Shown one piece after another: positions 39,097 to 47,969 of a stretch of DNA of 64,000 nucleotides (position 1 is the stretch's first letter; each line of letters starts with the position of its first letter). This stretch comes from Cyanobacteria bacterium auto_48_18 (GTDB lineage Bacteria > Cyanobacteriota > Vampirovibrionia > Obscuribacterales > Obscuribacteraceae). A program made the position numbers and the translations under genes. The notes beneath the pieces are model-generated. The model saw only the letters and a list, made by a program, of their open reading frames with translations, had not been told where the DNA came from and did no database searches. Location: the NCBI GenBank assembly GCA_036170915.1, contig JAVHQC010000008.1:1-64000 (forward strand), in the 5' to 3' direction.

Positions 39097-39182
39097 GATA
39101 TTTCCCTCAGAGCAGACCTTTGTTTGCCACTATTGCTGGTGGCGCGTCCAGGCCTCTTAGTCAACCGACAGGAGATCAGAGA

Positions 39183-39776
39183 TCACCTGTATAAAGCCGA
39201 TTCAGGCCGTCCTCTGCGGATGTCCTGACTCTTTTCAGACTGCTCAACGAATTTGTCAACCCACTGGTCAGTCATTAGCAGATCCATAAACTGCTCAAGT
39301 GTTTCCGGCACTTCAGCTACCTGAAGCACTCTGCGACCATCGTCGTCGGGCCCTGGATATTGGTTCCAGACCAGGCGGTCCAGTTCCATGCCCTTGCGAT
39401 TATAAAAGCCCAGGAGAGCCAGCCCAACCTCTTTCGAGACGGTGGCTTTATCCTTGACCTGCCAATCCCGGAGAATCGTCCTGCCGATTCCCAATGAATA
39501 ATAAGCGCGCTCTTTTTCATATTTTGGTTCATCTATGAAAAAGGCCCACGTGGTTTCATCCACATTGTCAATATGGGGCTCGCATCTAATTTGAAACAGG
39601 CGACCAGTGCTCGACGTCTGAGCCGTTGGACCAAAACCTGAACTCATCAAATGTATTTCTAAAACCCGCAGTACATGGGCATTAAAGCTCAAACCCTTGT
39701 TCTCTGCTTGAAGCTGCAAACGTTTACGGTACTCTTCTGGAATACGCAGGCTTATATTGGTTGTTTTTTCAGCCAT
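39183..39776 (-). CDS. Ribbon-helix-helix (Arc-like) DNA-binding protein with unknown C-domain
   Basis: TNISLRIPEEYRKRLQLQAENKGLSFNAHVLRVL. Confidence 0.75.
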   Translation of the reverse strand: MAEKTTNISLRIPEEYRKRLQLQAENKGLSFNAHVLRVLEIHLMSSGFGPTAQTSSTGRLFQIRCEPHIDNVDETTWAFFIDEPKYEKERAYYSLGIGRTILRDWQVKDKATVSKEVGLALLGFYNRKGMELDRLVWNQYPGPDDDGRRVLQVAEVPETLEQFMDLLMTDQWVDKFVEQSEKSQDIRRGRPESALYR

Positions 39777-39829
39777 TTTGTAGTGCCGTGAGTACTGTTT
39801 GTAGTTGCGTGATTACAATTTGTAGTTAC
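39777..39829. promoter_or_regulatory. Three TTTGTAGT direct repeats at 21-bp spacing (putative operator)
   Basis: Units start at 39777, 39798 and 39819, immediately upstream of the RHH gene ATG. Confidence 0.6.
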
Positions 39830-39962
39830 TAAACTATCCTAACACCTTGTGAAGGCATATAAGAGGTTCGTAACGAGAGATTGCTGTTTTCAACTGCATT
39901 TAGCCCAGAAACCCTGATTTCACGGGCAATTTGCCGTGCTGAATGGGGTCCTGGGGTTTGCT

Positions 39963-39998
39963 ACTATGCCATCAACCGTTAACGGTTGAAAGCATAGT
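39963..39998. repeat. Iterated palindrome copy (36 bp, 2 mismatched pairs)
   Basis: ACTATGCCATCAACCGTTAACGGTTGAAAGCATAGT. Confidence 0.93.
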
Positions 39999-40033
39999 CA
40001 CACCAATGCTGAGCGGGGTCCGCCAGATTTAAT

Positions 40034-41922
40034 ATGCGCTTGCACAAATTAATAGAGAAATGGCACTTTTCGCGCCTTAATCTGGCTGCGTTTACACTCA
40101 CTTGTCTTCTTCTGCTCAACTCTTGCTCAACAGTAGTAAAGAACAATTCAGCCGACTCTCCGTTGAAAAATTCGCCCAGTTTCTATTTGCGCTCTCACGC
40201 ATCTGATCTAGTGAACTGGCAACTCTGGCGACCCGAAGCTTTTGCACTGGCAAAAAAACAAGATAAGCCAATTTTATTGTCGATCGGATTTTCAGCGTGC
40301 CACTGGTGTCATGTTATGCAAAAGCAATCGTTCAATGATGCCGAAACCGCAGAATATATGAATCAGCATTTCGTCAATATTCTGCTTGATCGTGAAGAGT
40401 ATCCCGACGTCGATTTGAAATACGCTGGCCAACTTGAGGCTCTATCGGTGCGCGTGGGCTGGCCGATGTCCATTTTTTAAATCCGGATGATACCGCATTT
40501 CATGCCGGAACTTATTTCCCGCCAGGAGTTACGAAAAGCCCAGGTTCATTTCGCTCTGTAATGGCAAAAGTTGTGAAACTTTGGCAGCAAGAGCGCCCGA
40601 TAGTGGACAAGGCGGCCGCTGTTGTAGCTAGTGCCACACTTAATTCGACGGGCGTTGCAAGTGGCACCGCTTTAAGTTACGCCAACCTTGATTTTGCCGT
40701 CAGTAGACTAATGGACCGTGTTGACTCAAAGTATGGTGGACTCGAGCAATCGCGAAAGTATCCGGTTCCGTGGGTTCTCGGTTTGTTCCAACGCCAATCC
40801 GAACGCCGCTCCGAGCGCCAATCCGAGCGCCAATCCCAGGGTCACTCCCAGGGTCGATCTGGCCCGGCGGTTGTAGCGCGAAATTTTGTTGCCACCACGC
40901 TTGATGCCATGGCTATGCGGCAAATTTGCGATCAGGTTGGCGGTGGCTTTTTCCGTTATGCAACAAATGAGCAGTGGCGGAGTCCGCATTTTGAGAAAAT
41001 GCTTAGTGACAATGCCTTAATTGCAGCTATCTACATGCAGGTCGGCACCTCGCAGAAGAATAGTTTTTGGTTGGCCACAGGCCGGAAGACGGTCGATTTC
41101 ATTCTGGCCGAACTGTGTCTTGCCGATGGTACTTTTGCCGGTAGTATCGATGCTGATACTATAGAAGGCGAAGGGATGTTTTACACGTACAGTACGGCAG
41201 AGGCGCGCGCCGCTCTGCCTGCACAGTGCGTAGACAGGTTTATTTCTTTTAGCAACTTTACTGACGTAGATGGCTTAGATGCTTTGGAGAAGTTTCGCAC
41301 ATCGCGTACTCGGCCGCACCGCGATGACCGTGTGATTGCGGCTTGGAATGGGATGGCAATCTCAGCATTGATTGAGGCGCATAAAGCTGGCTTGCAGTCA
41401 AATCAATTCGATAGTGAGCGATATTTGAATAAACGTTATTTGCCCGCTGCGCAAAAAGCCTGTCATAGCCTTCTGCGTAAACTATATGCTCAGGACATTC
41501 TTCATCATGCAGAGGGTTCTGGCGCAGTTGCATACCTCGATGATTATGCTTTTGTCGAAAAAGCACTGCTCGACTTGTATACAGTAGATCATGATTTGCA
41601 TTGGTTGAAGCTAGCGGAGCAAATGAATGCTACTGTTTTATCTGAATATTTCCACAGTGCTACTAACTCTTTTAGCTATACGAAACTGTCTCAAAATAAT
41701 TTATTGTCAGCCACCACTGACGGTACCGTGCCGTCTGGGGCAGCCGCTGCAATTGAAAACATAATTCGCTTGGTCAGGCTAAAGCGCGATGAAGGCTCAA
41801 AGCGGCAACTGTTGCTGGCTCGGAGCGTTTTGCAAACATGCTCCGGAGCCATGCAAGCCGAGCCGCAAAGATATGCCTCCATGCTCGTTGCTCTTGAATC
41901 TTTGCTACAAGCAGAACGTTAG
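40034..41922 (+). pseudogene. YyaL/SSP411-like thioredoxin-domain protein split by a 1-bp deletion (or sequencing error)
   Basis: SPSFYLRSHA...SIGFSACHWCHVM...GWPMSIF*. One extra T in T6 at 40473-40478 restores GWPMSIFLNPDD..FHAGTYFPP in frame with PHFEKML and YLDDYA. Confidence 0.85.
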
Positions 41923-43821
41923 TTATTTGCCTTTTTTTGCTGTATTTTGGTTTTCGAGTTTGCTTGCCTGATTAATGGGTTCAGTTACTGGCTCGGCTAC
42001 TGGCGCTGTTACTGGCTTGGCTACTGGCTCGGGTTTTTCAGCGGTTTTGACTGCTTGTTTTTTGCTCAGCTGAAAAGCTATCGCGTGATTCTTTAACCAA
42101 TCGGAAAGAGTATTGAGCAAGTTATTGCTAAACTGATCCTGCTCGAAAAGCAGATGCTGAGAGCGTCCGATTAGCGTCAGATCTTTATCCAGCGTTCCGA
42201 TGCGACGGAATAGACTGATTGTGCCCTCTGGTTTGATCAGCAAATCGTGAACCCCTTGATACATCATCACCGGAGTTTGAGTAATCTTGCTGGCACTTTC
42301 ACGATTGTGTGCCAGAAATTTACTGACAGCAATGAACTCGTCAGGTGTGGCCGACATGCGGCTCTCGGGATCTTCCATAAGTTCTTGCTTCAGAGCTTCG
42401 TTTGTGGTGGCACGATTTAATACGGTAGGAGCTGCATCAATCGTATCCTTGTTGCCAAAAAGTTTGTGCAGACCTATTTCTGATACCAGCTTGAACTGGC
42501 GATAACGTCTTGATGAGGGAACGGCTGCAACCAGCCCGTCTACAAGGTCTGGATTGGCTGCAGTGAATTGCAGCGCAATTGAGCCGCCCATAGATTCACC
42601 GAGGACGAAAATTGGTAAATTAGGATTGTCTTGACGAAGTGCACCAATAGCCGCCTTTAGATCGTCCATAGTTTTTTCCAGATCAATTCGATCTCGTGCT
42701 TTCAGTGTGGTGTTGGAACCAAAACCACGTACGTCGTATGCGTAAACGCTGTAACCTTCTTGCGCCAGTTTTTGACCGAGGCCGGCAAAAGAAGTGCGGT
42801 GCAGGCCAAATCCGGGAATGCAAACAACAATGCCGCGTGTCTCTATGTCTGGATTAATCCATTGCATGCCGGCGGGCTGTTGCATCACCGTGCGTTTTCT
42901 TTGCCAGGGCAATTCGGGCGCGGCGACGCTATCTGCATTGGTGGTGGCCGGCTCTAAATGCGCTTTCTTGTGTGTATAACGGGGCTCTAAATTATCAGGT
43001 TCTGGCATTCTGGTGCGCGTGCCGATGGTGCGCTCCGTTAATTTTGTTGCTAGTGATTCGTTATCATATTTCGATTTGCCGGCTAATTCTTTTAACAGCC
43101 TGTCTCGGTCAGCTGAGCGAAAATTCCACACTGAACGGTCAAAGCAGATTTTGGCTTTTTCTTTGACACCCAGTGCGTCATAAACATCTGCGAGTACTCG
43201 CAACGACCAACCATACTGAACAGACAGGGGCCCGTAAGTGTGGCGATCGCGCCAGGCCATTTCTTCATAGATGGGCAGCGCTTCTTCTATTTGTTTGTTG
43301 TTGAAATAGCTGGCGGCGAGACCTTCCAGGCTACGCATAAAAATATCGTATGAGCCGTCTTTTTCTTCTGCCAGAGCCAGTGACTGTTTAAAATAATTGA
43401 TGCTTTGTGGATATTTTTCCTCTTCATAACAGACATCGCCGAGAGAACAGAGCAGCTCTGCTTTTAACTGTTTGTCGGTGCCTGTTTTTTCGAAAAGTTT
43501 GTAGGCCTGTTTGTAATGTTGCAGTGCTTTTGTATACCTGCTGTTCTGGTAGGCGGATGCTCCGGCGCCGGTTTCGGCCAGTATTTTTTCGGCAGCAGTC
43601 AGGACCTGATTGCTCGTAATGTTGTTAAATTCGTCGTATGCCTGGTTATAGTGCTCTTTTTGATAATTTTCCAGGGCAGGTTTAAAAGCAGGGTCGAAGG
43701 CTCTCAATTCGTTGGCTGCAGCTTTGCCATGGCACAAAATAAGGCTAGCGGCGGCTATCAGACAATTTCTCTTAAAATAGGTAGTAATCACTGGCGCTCG
43801 TTTGATGATGAAGAAAGGCAT
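41923..43821 (-). CDS. TPR-containing alpha/beta hydrolase (lysophospholipase/monoacylglycerol lipase-like)
   Basis: Signal peptide, TPR repeats, YDVRGFG, GESMGG, QGVHD...H. Confidence 0.85.
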   Translation of the reverse strand: MPFFIIKRAPVITTYFKRNCLIAAASLILCHGKAAANELRAFDPAFKPALENYQKEHYNQAYDEFNNITSNQVLTAAEKILAETGAGASAYQNSRYTKALQHYKQAYKLFEKTGTDKQLKAELLCSLGDVCYEEEKYPQSINYFKQSLALAEEKDGSYDIFMRSLEGLAASYFNNKQIEEALPIYEEMAWRDRHTYGPLSVQYGWSLRVLADVYDALGVKEKAKICFDRSVWNFRSADRDRLLKELAGKSKYDNESLATKLTERTIGTRTRMPEPDNLEPRYTHKKAHLEPATTNADSVAAPELPWQRKRTVMQQPAGMQWINPDIETRGIVVCIPGFGLHRTSFAGLGQKLAQEGYSVYAYDVRGFGSNTTLKARDRIDLEKTMDDLKAAIGALRQDNPNLPIFVLGESMGGSIALQFTAANPDLVDGLVAAVPSSRRYRQFKLVSEIGLHKLFGNKDTIDAAPTVLNRATTNEALKQELMEDPESRMSATPDEFIAVSKFLAHNRESASKITQTPVMMYQGVHDLLIKPEGTISLFRRIGTLDKDLTLIGRSQHLLFEQDQFSNNLLNTLSDWLKNHAIAFQLSKKQAVKTAEKPEPVAKPVTAPVAEPVTEPINQASKLENQNTAKKGK

Positions 43822-43907
43822 GATTTATGGTGTTGTGGTCGATGCGAAGTCGCCTTTCATAGTAGGATACTGTAGCATCATGCCGCAACATCACTGAAGG
43901 GAAGTCA

Positions 43908-44609
43908 ATGTCTTATAAAAATGCCCAGCAACGCCTGGCTAGTTTGCTTCTTGCTCCTTATTTTGTGGCCGCTGCTGCACTGAACCTGTGCCAAGCGCTA
44001 CCGGCGCAAGCGGAACCTGGCCTGGCATTTGATGGCGATCACGACGTTGTGATTCTGCCTAAATGCGACGTAGCCATTCGTTTCAACAATAAAACTTTCG
44101 TACCGGTGAAAACCAAGCTGCTTGATGCTTCGGCTCCGGCTTTTCTAAAAATTGCCCCAGACCAGTCTATAAGAATTTGGGAAGACTATGAATCTGCCAA
44201 GATGGCGGCGGCTCCTGAACAAATTTTGGTGCAGGCATATGACGTGGGCAAAGTCGGAGCATTTAGTCCCAGCCGTTTCAACAAAGATTTTGTTGCGGCA
44301 AATAGAGTGCGTGAAGTGCAGTTTACTAATGAACGTGTCGCCAAAGAAACGGGTCTTTCAGAGAGCTCCTTTTCTGGTATTACCGCCGTCAAATCCTTTG
44401 AAGTGGCGCCGAAGAGTGGTGAAACACCATACTATCTCTATGCCATACAAACCCCAGAACATCTGACCTTATTTGCCCGCAAAATGCGCGCCACCAGCCG
44501 CACCTTCGATCTCGATCCTGCTGTAATTGTCACCCAGATTAGAGTGCGCGGCACAAAAGACTGCATTGGCAACGTCAAACTGGAAGAGCCTGCTAGCGTC
44601 ACTCAATAA
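43908..44609 (+). CDS. Hypothetical exported protein
   Basis: Signal peptide ending AQA; no recognised domain. Confidence 0.65.
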   Translation: MSYKNAQQRLASLLLAPYFVAAAALNLCQALPAQAEPGLAFDGDHDVVILPKCDVAIRFNNKTFVPVKTKLLDASAPAFLKIAPDQSIRIWEDYESAKMAAAPEQILVQAYDVGKVGAFSPSRFNKDFVAANRVREVQFTNERVAKETGLSESSFSGITAVKSFEVAPKSGETPYYLYAIQTPEHLTLFARKMRATSRTFDLDPAVIVTQIRVRGTKDCIGNVKLEEPASVTQ

Positions 44610-44898
44610 TTGAATTTGACTGAAGGCCAGGCCAAATGTTAAGTAACTCGGTTAAGTGATTGGCATAGTCATAAAAATGCGCGGCAGTCATAGTCGATTG
44701 CCTACACGGCGCTGTTTAACTTGCTTCTTGGTCAGCAGGAATACTAAGTTGAAAGTCTAACTTCTCAACTTAATTTTTCGCGGACTCATTCACTTCAAAA
44801 GAAATACGCAAAAGACTCTTGCTCTATCACTTGTTTCTCAGATGAGATTTGAGTAGCAACGCTTTTGCTGATTTCATTTAACTATAAACTCAAAATGT

Positions 44899-45855
44899 AT
44901 GAAACCTCAATTTGCGCTTAGCCAGCGCGCTATTTCGCGAGCTTGCGTTCGCTCTTTGCTGGCTTGTTTTTTCATATTCGTCATGTCAGCCGTTGTTTGT
45001 TGTCAAAGCCCCATAGTTGGCGATTCTAGCGCGGTCAAGGTGCCTTTCTTTGATTCAACCGTTAACGGTTCACGGATCAAAACAGATTCATCAACCGTTA
45101 ACGGTTCCTGGATCAAAGTGCCAGGGGCCTTATTTTTGGATACTTTAAATCCGAGTATGCGCTTGACAATCGTGAACGCAGATTCTTTGCACGCCTCTTT
45201 TGCCAATTCGCATCCGGACGGTCTGAAAGGTATTGTGATTTTGTTGGACGCCGGTCACGGTGGAAGTCAGGATGGAGCGCTCTATCACAATGTGGCGGAG
45301 AAGGATGTCAATTTAGCGGTCACCTTCAAGCTCAAAGCCAGGCTCGAGCTCATGGGAGCTACTGTGCACATGACACGAACAGCTGATATTACGCTCAGTT
45401 TGCAGGCTCGCGTCAATCGAAGCCTTAAATTGCGTCCTGACATATTTGTCAGTGTGCATGCAAATGCTAATCGCCACACGTCAATTGATGGCATCGAGAC
45501 TTACTATTACGATCGTCGATCGTCCAAATTGGCTGTGACACTGCTTAAGTCTATATCTCATGGCTTAAAGGAAAACGCCAACTGGGTTAAGCAGGAGCGT
45601 TTGTTTGTTTTGCACCATAACAATGTACCAAGTACGCTGGTTGAAATCGGCTATCTCAGTAATACCCGCACAAATTCATTGCTCAATGACAGCGCTTATC
45701 AGGAGAGTGTGGCGGAGTCTGTTGCTACTGGAATTTTCAACTACTTTCAAATCAAGAATGCGGCACGTGGTCCCCGGCCTTTGCAGAAAGTCAAATCAAA
45801 GCAACCTGCCAAAACTAAAGCTCATGCAGTGCAATCGCAAAAGCGCTCGAAGTAG
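44899..45855 (+). CDS. N-acetylmuramoyl-L-alanine amidase (Amidase_3)
   Basis: LLDAGHGG, EKDVNL, FVSVHAN, GIETYY, LVEIGYLSN. Confidence 0.93.
   Translation: MKPQFALSQRAISRACVRSLLACFFIFVMSAVVCCQSPIVGDSSAVKVPFFDSTVNGSRIKTDSSTVNGSWIKVPGALFLDTLNPSMRLTIVNADSLHASFANSHPDGLKGIVILLDAGHGGSQDGALYHNVAEKDVNLAVTFKLKARLELMGATVHMTRTADITLSLQARVNRSLKLRPDIFVSVHANANRHTSIDGIETYYYDRRSSKLAVTLLKSISHGLKENANWVKQERLFVLHHNNVPSTLVEIGYLSNTRTNSLLNDSAYQESVAESVATGIFNYFQIKNAARGPRPLQKVKSKQPAKTKAHAVQSQKRSK
45052..45114. repeat. Two in-frame iterated palindrome copies inside the amidase gene
   Basis: Cores at 45058-45069 and 45094-45105, encoding DSTVNGSRIKT-DSSTVNGSWI. Confidence 0.93.
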
Positions 45856-46128
45856 TCATTTCTATGCCGATGCTGCCTTCATTTTCAATCGCTGGTTGGA
45901 CGACCGCAGCTGGACTTTTTACTCATGATGGTGGTGCTCAAGCGCCATCATCATGAATATAAGTCAAAGGGGAACCTCTCTTTAGCATCACTTCGGTTTT
46001 AATCTAAACCTCAACCTTAGCTCTGCACCTACCTGGCACATCAAAAAAATTTCCCTACAGGTCTTATATCGCATAGTAAACTTAAGAGCTTGTGTAGTAC
46101 AATATTGGCGCCATTTGGTCCTATTGGT

Positions 46129-46971
46129 ATGCACAAAAAAATTATTCTAGCTTCAATTTATCGGACACCATCCTTGCAAGATCTGGAGTCTCTGCTGCAA
46201 TCTGCGAAAGAGAGTACTTCGTCCACTATCGGCTTGCCTTTCAGCCCTGTTAAAGATCAGGAATTTACCCTTAGTGCAAGTTTTGCCTTTGCCTCAGAAA
46301 GCACACCCAAGTGGTATTTGTTCGACAGCGAGAAAAATGGTTCTACTTTGTTGTGGACAACCAGCACTCAGCACCTCGACCTGGTGCGGGCGAAAGTGCA
46401 AGATTTGACCAGGACAGCGATGAGTAACAGCAAAACCGTTGTCAGAATTCCCACGATGGCGGCCAAGCCTCTTGAATTACCTGCCCCCACCGCATTTAAC
46501 ACCGTGGCGTACACTCAGTGTTTGATGGGCGTGACTGACCAAGAAATTGGTTTGCTAAACGAAGGTTGTTTTTTTTGGTTTCTTAGTCTGGAATTCGATC
46601 GCTTCCAGCGGTTTAAAACCCCGTTTTCACTCCTGATAATTTCATTCAACAAAACTGAGATTCGCAGTCCGCTGATGGAATTTGGCCAGAAGCTAAAATC
46701 CTCCATTCGCAGTGTAGATCTGCCGTGCCTATTTCAAAGTTCGCTAGCTTTAATTTTGCCTCAGTCTGAAACTGCTGAGGCTGCCCTTTGTGCTCAGAGG
46801 TTGGCTAAAGTTTTGGATGAGTTACTGGGAGCAGGTCGTTTTGGTATTGGTGTGGCAAATGTACCCGCCACTTGCGAGCATCCCGGAGTGCTGGTTTCGG
46901 CAGCACTCGAAGCCGCCGATTTCGCCAGGCTAAATGACAAAGCTGTGATGGTTTTTGGCGGATATTCATAG
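46129..46971 (+). CDS. Degenerate GGDEF-like domain protein
   Basis: TD..IGLLN...F...L..EF.R..R...PFSL, IRSVD, LILP, GIGVA; the GGDEF signature is absent. Confidence 0.65.
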   Translation: MHKKIILASIYRTPSLQDLESLLQSAKESTSSTIGLPFSPVKDQEFTLSASFAFASESTPKWYLFDSEKNGSTLLWTTSTQHLDLVRAKVQDLTRTAMSNSKTVVRIPTMAAKPLELPAPTAFNTVAYTQCLMGVTDQEIGLLNEGCFFWFLSLEFDRFQRFKTPFSLLIISFNKTEIRSPLMEFGQKLKSSIRSVDLPCLFQSSLALILPQSETAEAALCAQRLAKVLDELLGAGRFGIGVANVPATCEHPGVLVSAALEAADFARLNDKAVMVFGGYS

Positions 46972-47015
46972 CCGCAAGCTGTGATGAAGATAAGAAGAGT
47001 GGTGGCACAATCGCA

Positions 47016-47777
47016 ATGATCAATTACGACATCATTGGAGATGTGCACGGCTGTCTGGATGAACTTAACGAGCTAATGGGCTTGCTAGGCTATGATCGAA
47101 ATGGACAATATAAAAATCGCAGCTCTAATCGTCAGCTGATTTTCGTCGGGGATCTTGTCGATCGAGGACCGTCCAGCGATGGCGTGCTTGAGCTTCTAAT
47201 CAACCTCTATGATCAACGACTCGTCACCGTTTTACTTGGTAATCACGACGAGAAATTGCGAAAATATTTACACCGCGGTGAGCAGTCTATGCGCGCAGGT
47301 CAAATGCTTACTGCGACTCTGGCGCAGCTAGAACCCAGAGGAGAGGCATTTCTTGGCCGGGTAAAAGATTTCCTGGAACAATTACCGTACCGTTTTGCTG
47401 ACGGTGATTTACTTGTAGTCCACGGGGCCGTACTTCCAACTGACCGTGAAAATTTAGATCAACTTACCGACAAGCAATTGAAGAGCGAAAAGGCCTGGGC
47501 TCTTTATGGTCAGGTAGCCGGTATCACTGCCGATGGTTTTCCCATTCGCTTGCAAGATTGGGCGCGCACTTATTCAGGGCCTTACTCTACCATTGTGCGC
47601 GGTCACTCTGTAGTCGACGATGTTGAAACAATTGTCTCCTTGTCCGGCGCGCGCATAGTCAATGTTGACACAGGCTGCGCTTATGGTGGCATGCTTTCGG
47701 CCTTGCGCTATCCTGAGCATTCAGTGGTGCAGGTCAAGGCGCACAAAACCTACTACCAGGGCTCGGTTTGCGAGTGA
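47016..47777 (+). CDS. Metallophosphoesterase (PrpE/ApaH-like)
   Basis: GDVHG, GDLVDRG, GNHD, VHG, GH, VDTGCAYGG.LSAL. Confidence 0.9.
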   Translation: MINYDIIGDVHGCLDELNELMGLLGYDRNGQYKNRSSNRQLIFVGDLVDRGPSSDGVLELLINLYDQRLVTVLLGNHDEKLRKYLHRGEQSMRAGQMLTATLAQLEPRGEAFLGRVKDFLEQLPYRFADGDLLVVHGAVLPTDRENLDQLTDKQLKSEKAWALYGQVAGITADGFPIRLQDWARTYSGPYSTIVRGHSVVDDVETIVSLSGARIVNVDTGCAYGGMLSALRYPEHSVVQVKAHKTYYQGSVCE

Positions 47778-47969
47778 GGACAACGTCGACCCATTTTTTG
47801 GGCAGGGCAATAACAGAACGATTGTGAATTGAATCATTCATAATTCCATTTTATTACCAATGTGTTGCAGCTTAATTAGCAAATTGATTAAAAGCTACTG
47901 ATCGCAAGGAAACAGCTCTATGATTAACGCATTACTTTTACTTGGGCATGGCTGTTAAGAACTCTCCTT

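Noticed and set aside
34990..43255. Cyanobacterial HIP1 (GCGATCGC)
   Set aside because: Only two copies noticed by eye (~34998 and ~43243), close to chance; not iterated here
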